64,000 nt of DNA, from the NCBI GenBank assembly GCA_036785375.1, contig JAWMAR010000013.1, positions 13,144,001 to 13,208,000 on the forward strand, given 5' to 3'. Position 1 is the stretch's first letter; each line of letters opens with the position of its first letter. The notes beneath the pieces are model-generated. The model did not search any database and was not told where the DNA came from. It saw nothing but the letters and a program-made list of their open reading frames with translations. The translations under genes and the position numbers were made by a program. This DNA is from Leucoraja ocellata. Taxonomy: Eukaryota. This document shows positions 1 to 11,159 of the stretch, in pieces.

Positions 1-250
1 GGCGACGGTGGAGAGGGGAGTGGACATAGTGATGGGCCGACAAGTGGACTCAGCAGCTGCTGAGATCGGAGGGTGCCGCACGGTAACAAGCGGCCTATCA
101 GTGGCAGCCTGAAGAAAGCGCTGTCTCCAGGGGCTACAATGTGAGCTGCAGCAACAGCCGTGGCAACTAGACCGTGCTGTGAGAGAAGAAGGTCTCACTG
201 GTGCAGGTCGGCAGGTCTGTCAACTATAACCGAGATCCATGATCCAAGGG
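1..250. repeat. GC-rich repeat fragment related (in reverse orientation) to the interior of the element at 19761-20230
   Basis: The reverse complement of ~100-210 (ctgcaccagtgag...ggctgttgct...gctttcttcagg) aligns by eye with ~20047-20140. Confidence 0.5.
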
Positions 251-315
251 GTCCATTAGAACAAGGAAAGGAAAGAAAGGAAATACGTTTTATGGTTGGA
301 ATCCTCAAACTAAAT

Positions 316-715
316 ACATAGAACATAGAAAGAACATCACAGGAACGGGCTCTTCAGCCCACAATGTCTGTGCCCAACATGATGCTAAGACCAACTCTTA
401 TCTCACTGCACATAATCCATATCCCACCATTCAGTGGATATCCATGTGCCTATCAAGTCGCTTCCACACCACTCTCTTATCTGTCCCCACCATCACCTTG
501 GCAATGCGTTCCAGGCACTCACCACCCTTGGGTAAAAAAAATCCAAGTCTGTTCATCCTCTCCCTGTAGTGAACACCCTCTAATCCAGGGCATCATTCTA
601 GCAAACCTCTGCACCGGTTCCAAAGCCGCCTTCCTGTATTGGGGCGACCAGAACGGCTGGAATACTCCAAATGTGGTCTGCACAAAGATCTATGAATGCA
701 CCATGACTTCCTGAC
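316..715 (-). mobile_element. CR1/HER1-type LINE 3' fragment, decayed
   Basis: (catagaa)n tail and remnants of the RPHLEY..FWSP ORF2 C-terminus on the minus strand. Confidence 0.75.
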
Positions 716-914
716 TCTTTGTTATACTAGTACTTGCACCAGTTGATGTTTAGCATTTGGAACAGTTCATTATTCCTTTATGGTTGCAAAGTGAGAATTA
801 AATTATAGCTATTTAAAGATGCAGAGGAAGACTTTATTATAATAAACAGATTTGTTTTTTGTTTTTAGTAATGTTGAATCCTTTACTCTGGGCGAAAGAT
901 TTTGTGCGTTCATC

Positions 915-1545
915 CTATCTGTTCCGCTCATGATTTTGTGCACTTCTAAGTCCTAGCTCGCCCAACCTTTCCCAATGGCTCAGGTCATCGAGTCCCTCCA
1001 ACATCCTTGTAAATATTCTCTGCACTCTTTTCATCTTAATGACATCTTGGCCATAGCAGGGTGAGTAAAACGGAATACAATACTTCAAACGTGGATTCAC
1101 CAACATCTTGTACAAATATAACATAACATTCCAACTCTGAAGAAGGGTCTCGACCTGAAACGTCACCCATTCCTTATCTCCAGAGATGCTCCAGCTTTTG
1201 TATTTATCTTCGGTTTAAACCAGCATCTGCAGTTCCTTCCTACACCTTCCAACTGCTATATTCAGTACACTGACAGGTGAAGACCAACGTACCAAAAGCC
1301 TCCTTTACCACCCTATCTAACTGTGATGCCACTTTTAGAAAACAATGTACCTGTACTCCTAGATCCCTCTGCTCAATAACACTCCTCAGGCCCCTTCCAT
1401 TCACCGTGATGGTCCTGCCCAACATGCAGGATCTTACACTTGCCTGCATTACTCCCCGGTTAGTCGCTCCTCAGCCCACTTGCCCAACTGATCAACATCC
1501 TGCGTAAGTTCTGTTCACCATCTCCACTGTCATTTGCATACTTTA
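915..1545 (-). mobile_element. CR1-type LINE ORF2 fragment, interrupted by a short PLE pLTR at ~1137-1245
   Basis: ORFs contain QRDLGVQVH..LKVASQLDRVVK and LYKMLVNPRLKYC..RVQRIFTRML. Confidence 0.8.
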
Positions 1546-1589
1546 GAAACCATTTACTATACCAAAGGGATCAGTTGTGCAGGACCAGA

Positions 1590-3040
1590 ATAATCAACCC
1601 TAATTTGATGGTTAGATAGAAACCATAGCCCCAAATGGTATTACAATCTCAGTTACAGAGGCCGACATCAGACAATCCTTTCATTGGGTGAACTCTCAAG
1701 GCGCCTGGATCCGATGGCATACCTGGTCGTGTTTTTAAAACCTGCGCAGACCAACTAACTGGAGTTTATGCAGACATCTTCAACATCTTATTACTGAAGT
1801 CTGAGGTTCCCACCTGCTTTAAAAGGGCATCAATAATAAGATGCCCAAGATGAGTAAAGTGACATGCCTCAATGACTATCGACCGGTGGCACTGACATCC
1901 ATGGTGATGAAGTGCTTTCAGAGGTTGGTTTAAATACATTTCAACTACTTCCACAACAAGAACCTGGGCCCATTACAATTTGCCTACCACCACTTCAAGT
2001 GGATGCGATCTCGCTGGCTCCCCACCCTGCGCTGGACCACCTGGACAATAAACACACATACATCAGGCTGTTGTTTATAGACTACGGTTTGGCATTTAAC
2101 ACCATCATCCCCACCAAACTGGTTATGAAGCTTACGGAACTGGGTCTCTGCACATCTCTCTGCAACTGGATCACCATCAACAAACAACCAACTGTATGAA
2201 TTGTCAGCAACACTTCCTCCTCTATAAGCATCAGTATGGGAGCACCTCAAATCTACGTACTCAGCCCCCTGTTCTACTCATTCTATATTCACGACTGTGT
2301 AGCCGGACATAGTTTGAACGCCATCTTCAAGTTTACCAATGACACCACCGTTGTTGGATGAATATATAGATGGCGATGAGTCAGAGTACAGCAGGGAATC
2401 GATCAACTGATCAAATGGTGCCAGAACAACAACCTTGCTCTCAACATCAGTAAGACCAAGGGCTGATTGTGGACTTTGGAGGAGGAAGAACGAGGATCCA
2501 CAAACCTGTCTCATCGACACGATGGTGGTGGAGAGAGTCAAAAGCTTCAAATTCCTGGGCATGCAAATCACTGAAGATCTGTCCTGGACTCGGCAGATTG
2601 ATGTTATCATAAATAAAGCCCATCAATGCCTCTACCTCCTTAGAAGATTGAGCATGTTCAGTACTGTATGTCAATTAATACTCGCTTGAACCTCTACAGG
2701 TGTGCAGTAGGGAGCGTATTGACTGGTTGCATCATGGCCTGGTTCGGCAATTCGAATGCCCGAGTCCAAAAAAGATTGCAAAGAGTGGTGAACACTGCCC
2801 AGTCCATCATGGGTACTGACCTCCCCACCATCGAAAGAGTAGCTGCCTCAAAAATCATCATCAGAGACCCACACCATCCTGGCCACGCTCTCATTTCCCT
2901 CCTACCATCGGGAGAAGGTATAGGAGCCTGAAAACTGTAACATCCAGGTTCAGGAACAGCTCCTTGCCTACAACCATCAGGCTATTTATTAAACACTACA
3001 ACCTCCAAATAGGCTCCAAACTAAATAGACTTAGGGATCT
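1590..3040 (+). mobile_element. Rex1/Babar-like LINE, RT and C-terminal region, frameshifted
   Basis: [68 protein letters not shown] motifs. Confidence 0.85.
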
Positions 3041-3050
3041 CATTTTTGAA

Positions 3051-3370
3051 TCTATACATACATGACTAAAACTCTGATCTTGTGCTCTTCCGGTTTGCGC
3101 GGATTTTCTATTTGCGCAAAAACAGTACGCGATATCGCTACGATTTGTCGCCAGGTTACCGTTCTCCTGTGTTGCGAGTGCAACAGGTTTTGTTTCGATT
3201 AGTGGTATATTGTAAAAATGATCGAGGTTTAAATCCCTTCAGTCAGCGCCACGCAAATTGGTCTCTTCTCCTGTCAGTCAATACCACAGCCGGGATGGCG
3301 ACGCCCCTTCCTGCCCTACCGGCAGCGGCCTGTCCCGCCTCACTGCAATTCACTGTGGCTTCCCCAATAT
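3051..3370 (+). mobile_element. Possible non-autonomous Helitron-like 5' fragment
   Basis: CpG-rich block starting a|TCTATACATACATGACTAAAACTC; no 3' hairpin or CTRR end seen. Confidence 0.35.
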
Positions 3371-6300
3371 ATCTTTTTTTGAAAAGGAGAGAATAAATTG
3401 CATGCTATACTCTAAATTATCATTTTTTATTTTAATGATTTTATTTTAATCATAATGTATTTTATGTTCTCAATATTCTGGTTTGCTGCAACTTTAAGGA
3501 TCGTGGAGCACAGTAATTTCATAAGCACCTCAAATCCCACTGCTGGACCTCGCAATTTGCTTCTGCCACAATGTACACCAACTGCACGGCAGATAAAACC
3601 CAACCTTGTACAACATTTCCTCACTGATTGTTCCATTTCTTAATCCAATGATGAAGCTCACCATGATCTTTCTGCATATGGCCTGAAAGATGTAATTAGT
3701 ATTTTTTAATTATCTTGTCATGGATGGCACGGTGGGATTTGAGACTAAGGTATATATTTCTAACTGCAGTATTTCATTTCAACACGAGAGCTGTTCCCAG
3801 TGTTGGGCATCAAATGTCAAACTAAGCTTTCATTTTTATGGATTTCAAAACTGGAATTAGAGAGAAGTATTTAAAGTGAATATTTTTTTTGCAGTGGAGT
3901 CACTGACAAATTCCATATAAGTTTTTAGGCATTGCAGAAAGTAGAATTAACTGAATGTACTCTTAGCATTTTCATCAGAACATCAGTGTTACACTAAATG
4001 TTGTTTTTGATGATACTGGCAAATTGTATGTTTACTTGCAACGTCAGCGATCCGTTGATCTGAGGCAGATGTTTTGACAAATTGTTTTTTTTGATATGAG
4101 GCTTAGATTGATAAAGTTGGAAAGTATTTATATTGGGTAATGCATGAAACAATGCTTATATGTGAAATACCCTCAAATTAGGTCATTTGTCGGGGTAGCG
4201 TTTATGCTGGAAATATTTATTCATACAAATCAGAATTTAAAGGAAACTGATCAATTCTTAGCTTCTACCTGCTTTGTTTAAATCACTGGCAATGAAAAAT
4301 GCACAGAGAAATAACGCGTTCTGTTCGCATCCACATGATAATGCAAGCAATATTTACCAAGCTATAATACCCATTGTAAATATTCTCACTAAGGCTGAGT
4401 TCTATTAGCCTCAGGAAAAGCTACAAGTTAGTAATTGGTGATTTATTTGGACTCAACAATACCTAAATATTTATTTTAAATATTTCACGAGGGCTTTCTT
4501 ACAACCTACAGATTGTGACATTGTGTGGTTCAGTGTTCCCCCATAAAACAGCAAGCACATTGCATGCAACTACATAGCCAGCAATGTCTTTATTTTGTCC
4601 TGTAATCTGAAGAATGTACTTTATGTCAGCACACCCTTCCTCCAATTGATGTTAGCTACAATTAATCAGACCTTTTGTTTAAATGGCTCATGTAATTGTG
4701 AAAAAAACAAAGACTTTGGTAAAATACCGTGTTAAATAGCAATGCTGAACATGACGTTGCTGGAAATATAAAATAAGCTGGTGGGAAGTTATATTGTACA
4801 TAGCTCAGAGCTGAATTTAGCAGAATTGAAAATATTTGTTTAAGAATTCATTGAGCTGATTCTGACAGACAAAAACAAAGACAAAATATTCTTTTATTTC
4901 CAGTTTCAAAGACAAAATAATTGAAATCTTATATATTTAAATAATCTCATGTGCAGAAAGAATTATACAAATAATGAACTAGTGTTGGCAAATTCAGCTA
5001 ATTACCACCTTATTACCATTATGAATTATGATATTGAATTTCAGAATTATACATCAAACATGGTATAGCTGGAATCATAGCTGTGATGTATAGATATTTT
5101 AAAGAAAATAAGCTCTGTATAAATATATATCGACTGCTCACAGTTATTACTTTTTCCGATCTTTCATTAGTATTCCATTTCATTCTTATGCCACATTCAG
5201 AGCTTTCCAGCAGATTAGAGTGCAGACCAACCTAAATGGATTCCCCAGTGAAGTTGTTTTCAATAACAAAGCAAAAGGCTACAACCTGAGTTTTAAAGTG
5301 CTTTCAGTTTAATGCGTCATTGTTATTGTTGGCATTAAGTTGGAAAACTGATACCCATTTTCATCTTTGCTACTCATCACTGGTCACTGTCCAAAGTAAT
5401 TTAATTCTTGTACTTTAGTTTCATTGTATCAACATGTTCCGACAACCCAGATATATCTTTACATTGGGCTGGTAGTTTTTAGTAACATCTGATCCTGCTG
5501 AAGGATTTTGGAGTCCTCATTCTCCCCAAGTTGTCAATCTTACCCTGTTCTACTTTTAAATATTTTCCACACAAATGGTGCTTTTGATGACCTAAGAACT
5601 TCCCAAATGCTTTACATTGGTGAAGCAATTTTAGTTATTTAATCACTACAGATAGAATTACAGCAAGCTTTTACAAATAGCATGATACCATCAGATGATC
5701 TTGTTTTAATGATTTAAGGAGAAAATGTTCTGCAGGACGCCTGAGAAAAATTATTCTCTTTCAAAATAATGCCGAGGGTAGACACAACGTACTAGAGTAA
5801 CTCAGCGGGTCATGCAGCATCTCTGGAGGATATGGATAGGTGATGTTGTCGGTCAGGACCCTCCTTCAGAAGAAATGCCCCGACCCAACACGTTACCCGA
5901 TTTGATATGGTTAGTGAATTTCAAGATGGTTTGTACTCTTATGAGTTTAGAGTGAGTAGAGCAGGCGGTGAGCACACTATCCTTATGTGCTCCTGTGCTG
6001 ATGGTTATCAAGGACAGAGTGATGTTGTCAAATCATGTTGTGATCTGTGGATAAGGAAGTAGAGCTTGCATAGGGACATGCATAGAGACGTACAGAGACC
6101 CATTTCCCAAGAAGAGTCTCGACCCGAAACGTCACCCATTCCTTCTCTCCAGAGATGCTGCCTGTCCCACTAAGTTACTCCAGCTTTTTGTGCCTATCTT
6201 CACTCTGAATTAATAACAATTTGGAGGGGATGATGGTGTTAAAAGCTGAGCTGTAGTTGATAAGCAACTGCCTGATGTATGTGTTTAAGAGGGAACTGCA

Positions 6301-6383
6301 GATGCTGGAGAATCGAAGGTTACACAAAAAAGCTGGAGAAACTCAGCGGGTGCAGCAGCATCTATGGAGCGAAGGAAATAGGC

Positions 6384-6411
6384 AACGTTTCGGGCCGAAA
6401 CCCTTCTTCAG
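6384..6411 (-). ncRNA. Minimal hammerhead ribozyme motif in PLE pLTR
   Basis: CUGAAGA-A-GGGU(UUCG)GCCC-GAAA-CGUU; helix III is only the ACGU palindrome and helix I is weak. Confidence 0.7.
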
Positions 6412-7076
6412 ACTGATCGGGGGCGGGGGTGGGTGGGGACAAGAAAGGGAAAAGGAGGAGTAGCCAGAAGGCTGAGGGATGGGAGGAGACAGCAGGGGGG
6501 CTGAGGAAGGGGAGGAGACAGCAAGGACTAACAAAATTGGGAGAATTTGATGTTCATGCCCCCGGGGTGCAGACTCCCCAAACGGAATATGAGGTGCTGT
6601 TCCTCCAATTTCCGGTGCTGCTCGCTGTGGCCATGGAGGAGACCCAGGACAGAGAGGTCGGAGGCGGAGTGGGATGGGGAGTTGAAGTGCTGAGCCACCG
6701 GGAGGTCAGCTTGGTTATTGCGGACCGAGCGGAGGTGTTCGGCGAAACGATCGCCCAACCTCCGCTTGGTCTCACCGATATAGATCTGCTGACATCTAGA
6801 GCAGCGGACGCAATAGATGAGGTTGGAAGAGATGCAGGTAAACCTCTGTCGCACCTGGAACGATTGCTTGGGTCCTTGAACGGAGTCGAGGGGGGAGGTA
6901 AAGGGACAAGTGTTGCATCTCTTGCGGTTGCAAGGGAAAGTGCCCGGGGAGGGGGTGGACCGAGAGGGAAGGGAAGAATTGACAAGGGAGTTATGGAGGG
7001 AGCGGTCTTTGCGGAAGGCAGATATGGGGGGAGATGGGAAGATGTGGCGAGTAGTGGTATGGGGGGAGATGGGAAG

Positions 7077-7592
7077 ATCTTCCCATCTCCCCCCATATCT
7101 GCCTTCCGCAAAGACCGCTCCCTCCATAACTCCCTTGTCAATTCTTCCCTTCCCTCTCGGTCCACCCCCTCCCCGGGCACTTTCCCTTGCAACCGCAAGA
7201 GATGCAACACTTGTCCCTTTACCTCCCCCCTCGACTCCGTTCAAGGACCCAAGCAATCGTTCCAGGTGCGACAGAGGTTTACCTGCATCTCTTCCAACCT
7301 CATCTATTGCATCCGCTGCTCTAGATGTCAGCAGATCTATATCGGTGAGACCAAGCGGAGGTTGGGCGATCGTTTCGCCGAACACCTCCGCTCGGTCCGC
7401 AATAACCAAGCTGACCTCCCGGTGGCTCAGCACTTCAACTCCCCCTCCCACTCCGCCTCCGACCTCTCTGTCCTGGGTCTCCTCCATGGCCACAGCGAGC
7501 AGCACCGGAAATTGGAGGAACAGCACCTCATATTCCGTTTGGGGAGTCTGCACCCCGGGGGCATGAACATCGAATTCTCCCAATTTTGTTAG
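7077..7592 (+). pseudogene. C-terminal part of PLE ORF: Cys-rich linker + GIY-YIG endonuclease (mirror copy 6528-7043 on minus)
   Basis: Open frame IFPSPPISAFRKDRSLHNSLV..FTCISSNLIYCIRCSRCQQIYIGETKRRLGDRFAEH..E..GMN. Confidence 0.88.
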
Positions 7593-7708
7593 TCCTTGCT
7601 GTCTCCTCCCCTTCCTCAGCCCCCCTGCTGTCTCCTCCCATCCCCCAGCCTTCTGGCTACTCCTCCTTTTCCCTTTCTTGTCCCCACCCACCCCCGCCCC
7701 CGATCAGT

Positions 7709-7736
7709 CTGAAGAAGGGTTTCGGCCCGAAACGTT
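7709..7736 (+). ncRNA. Minimal hammerhead ribozyme motif in PLE pLTR
   Basis: ctgaagaagggtttcggcccgaaacgtt: intact CUGANGA/GAAA core with a UUCG-capped helix II. Confidence 0.7.
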
Positions 7737-8469
7737 GCCTATTTCCTTCGCTCCATAGATGCTGCTGCACCCGCTGAGTTTCTCCAGCTTTTTTGTGTAG
7801 CCTGATGTATGTGTTCTTATTGTCCAAACAGTCCAGTGCAAAGAGGAGAGCCAGAAATGTCACATCCCCTGGTGATCTATTGTGGTAGTAGGCAAATTGC
7901 AGTGAATAGAAGTTGATATTTGTCATAACTGACCTCTCAAAGCACCATCAACATGGACATTCATACCATCGGTCGGTCGTCATTGAGGCATGATACCTTG
8001 CTCTCCTTGTGAACCAATATTATTGATGCCCTTTTAAAGCAGGTGGGAATCTCGGACCTTTGTAATGAGAGGTTGAAGGTGTCTGTAAAATTTCCAGCCA
8101 GTTGGTCTGTGCAGGTTTTAAGAATGTGTCCAGGTATACCATCAGGGCCGGACGGTTTCTGAGCATTCACCCTCAAAGTATCTTCTGACATTGGCCTCGG
8201 TGACTGGGATTACAATGCCATTGAGAGCTATGGGGGCCAGAGAAGGCACATCAGCCACCTCCCTCTCACAGCCAGTATAGAACACCTCGAGCTCACCCAG
8301 GAGTGATGTCTCGCTGTCACTTGAGATATCATAGATATTTATAAAACCTTTATATACTGTATTTTGATATATTTTAGCTTGCTTTGTATTTTGTTTGCTT
8401 GAAATTTCTGAGGTTGTGAGAAATAGTTCGAGCAGCCCACAGGTTGTCCACTTGTACAATCTCAAAGAA

Positions 8470-8810
8470 ATCGGTGGTGGTCTGCGGCATCTTCCACGCT
8501 ATCGTGTGCTGGGGTAGCAGGGCGAAGGCCACAGACGCCAACAGAATCAACAAGCTCATCAGGAAGGCTGGCTCCTTCCTGGGAGTGGAGTTGGATTTAT
8601 TGGAGCAGAGGATGCTCCTCAAACTGCAGAACATATTGGGCAATACAGGTCACACCCTCCATGACACACTGGTCAACCTGAGGAGCACCTTCAGCACCAG
8701 ACTGGTTCCACCGAGATGCAGCACAGAACGCCACAGAAGATCCTTTTTCCCTGTGGCTATCAAACTGTACAACTCCTCCCCCTTCTGTGGTAGGATAGAT
8801 TGACTCCCCT
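8470..8810 (+). mobile_element. Rex1-like LINE 3' fragment
   Basis: IFHAIVCWGSRAKATDANRINKLIRKAGS...PRCSTERHRRSFFPVAIKLYN; same family at ~55740-56105. Confidence 0.8.
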
Positions 8811-9216
8811 TCCACCTCCCCCCCCCCCCCCCCCCATTTTATGACAACTCTGCCTGTGTTGACGGACCAGAAACGTCACCCATTGCTTTTCTCCAGGGAT
8901 GCTGCCTGACCCGCTGAGTTACTCCAACCTTTTGTGTCTGTGCTGTCACTGACAGCCGGGAACAAAATATACACCATAACAACATAGTCTTCTCATGTCA
9001 TCATGTGTGCCAGTGCACTTCATTAGCAGCCACACTGATAATTGATTATTTAGTGTATGGTGTTAGCAGCACTAAACCCCCCTGGGCTAAATCGCGACCC
9101 TTCGGTGAGTTTGTGAGACATGATTAAATAAAGATGGATTGGGCTGAAACCATTTGTAAGGGGATATAGTTAGCTGCAATGGAATGCAGAATATTAAACC
9201 TGTGGAGCAAAGAATA

Positions 9217-10630
9217 CAGTGCCCTCCATAATGTTTGGGACAAAGAGCCACCATTTATTTATTTGCCGCTGTACTCCACAATTTGAGATTTGTAATAGAA
9301 AAAAATCACATGTGGCTAAAATGCATGTTGTCAGATTTTGTTAAAGGGTACTTGATAGAGGTCTTTAAAATGATGAGAGGGATAGACAGAGTTGACGTGG
9401 ATAAGCTTTTTCCATTGAGAGTAGGGAAGATTCAAACAAGAGGACATGATTTGAGAATTAAGGGACAAAAGTTTAGGGGTAACATGAGGGGGAACTTCTT
9501 TACTCAGACAGTGGTAGCTGTGTGGAATGAGCTTCCAGTGGGAGTGGTGGAGGCAGGTTCGATTTTATAAATTAAAAATAAATTGGATAGGTATATGGAC
9601 GGGAACGGAATGGAGAGTTATGGTCTGAGTGCAGGTAGAAGGGACTAGGTGAGAGTAAGTGTTTGGCACGGACTAGAAGGGCCGTGATGGCCTGTTTCCG
9701 TGCTGTAATTGTAATATGATATTTTTATACATTTTGGTTTCACCATGTAGAAATTACTGCTATGTTTATGCATAGTCCCCCATTTCAGGGCACCGTAATG
9801 TTTGGGACACATGGCTTCACGGGCATTTGTAATTGCCCAGGTGTGTTTAATGCAGTTATAAGAGAGCTTTCAGCACCTCAAGTCAAGTCAACTTTATTTG
9901 TCACATACACATACAAGATGTGCAGTGACCTAGACTTTCCTCCAGTCTTTCCATCACCTTTGGAAACTTGTATTGCTGTTTATCAACATGAGGACCAAAG
10001 CTGTGCCAATGAAAGTCAAAGAGGCCATTATGAGACTGAGAAAAAAGAATAAAACTGTTAGAGACATCAGCCAAACCTTAAGCTTACCAAAAATCAACTG
10101 TTTGGAACATCATTAAGAAGAAAGAGAGCACTGATGAGCTTACAAATAGGAAAGGGACTGGCAGGCCAAGGAAGACCTCCACAGCTGATGACAGAATTCT
10201 CTCTATAATAAAGAAAAGTCCCCAAACACCTGTACGACAGATCAGAAACACTCTTCAGGAGTCAGGTGTGGATTTGTCAATGACCACTGTCCACAGTAGA
10301 CTTCATGAACAGAAATACAGAGGCTACAATGGAAGGTGCAAACCACTGGTTAGCAGCATAAATAGGTTGGCCATTACAGTTTACCAAGAAGTACTTCAAA
10401 GAACAACCACAGTTCTGGAAAAAGGTCTTGTGGACAGATGAGACGAAGATTAACTGAGATCAGAGTAATAGCAAGAGCAAAGTATGGAGGAGAGAAGAAC
10501 TGCCCAAGATCCAAAGCATATCACCTCATCTGTGAAACACAGTGGTGGGGGTGTTATGGCCTGGGCATGTATGGCTGCTGAAGGTACTGGCTCATTTATC
10601 TTCATTGGTGATACAACTGCTGATGGCTCA
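9217..10630 (+). mobile_element. Tc1-family DNA transposon, 3'-truncated and frameshifted, with a CR1 insertion at ~9348-9720
   Basis: TA|CAGTGCCCTCC terminus; ATG at 9988 (MRTKAVPMKVKEAIMRL); later WTDETKIN and SVKHSGGGVMAWACMAA. Confidence 0.85.
9348..9720 (+). mobile_element. CR1 LINE 3' end
   Basis: LIEVFKMMRGIDRVD..TRGHDLRIKG..FFTQTVVAVWNELP. Confidence 0.85.
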
Positions 10631-11159
10631 TAGCACCTAAAGAAAGTCTTAAAATATTTGTTTCATAAAATCAGCTCCATTTGTCCACAGTACAAAGACT
10701 TTTATGTTCTTTATTAGTATCCTATCGACTTCTGCGGTCAGTAGTTGGGGGGGAAAACGGGCAGTACAACAAAGTAAATTCATGTTTTCAGCTTCCATAC
10801 TGAGTTAGCAATCCATGCTAAACAAAGGTTAGTTTCTTCCCCCCAGATAAATTGGTGAAATTAAAAAAAAAGTTCTAATTCCTTCCTGCTTTGGATTAGC
10901 TTTCTTAAACGGCCTGGATGCAATTTGTTTGCACATTTGAGAATGGCAACTGTTTTAGCTGTGGCCTGCTTCGTAATATTCTCCATTGGAAGGTTGTGCC
11001 TCATATTCCAATCCAGAGGCATGAACATTATTTTAAAAAAATCTCTTCACAGAATCTTTCACAGGTACAGCACTAATTGCTCATCTTTGAACTAGATGCA
11101 AAAAATAATTTCACTGTACCGATGTAAATGTGAAAATCATGATGTAGCTCTATAAGACT

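Larger units (their letters stand above)
6286..7799. mobile_element. Palindromic Penelope-like (Neptune-type) insertion: two inverted 3' ends (GIY-YIG + pLTR)
   Basis: Arms 6321-7043 and 7077-7799 are reverse complements. 16-bp TSD gcctgatgtatgtgtt at 6270-6285 and 7800-7815. CNRKRCNTC linker and IYCIRC..IYIGET GIY-YIG motif. Confidence 0.93.
5940..8330 (-). mobile_element. Rex1/Babar-like LINE RT fragment, split by the PLE palindrome 6286-7799
   Basis: GPDGIPGHILKTCTDQLAG, LDCLDNKNTYIR | QLLINYSSAF rejoin once the insertion and one TSD copy are removed. Confidence 0.85.

Noticed and set aside
6429-7691. Twin 387-aa and 218-aa ORFs on both strands as novel genes
   Set aside because: They are a by-product of the palindrome: antisense PLE sequence fused to the sense GIY-YIG region. 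Only the C-terminal part is a real (transposon) protein.
9024-9075. Short hairpin and TAGCAGCAC (miR-15/16 seed-like) motif
   Set aside because: The hairpin is only ~45 nt, and the sequence after the seed neither matches miR-15/16 nor sits in a pre-miRNA stem.
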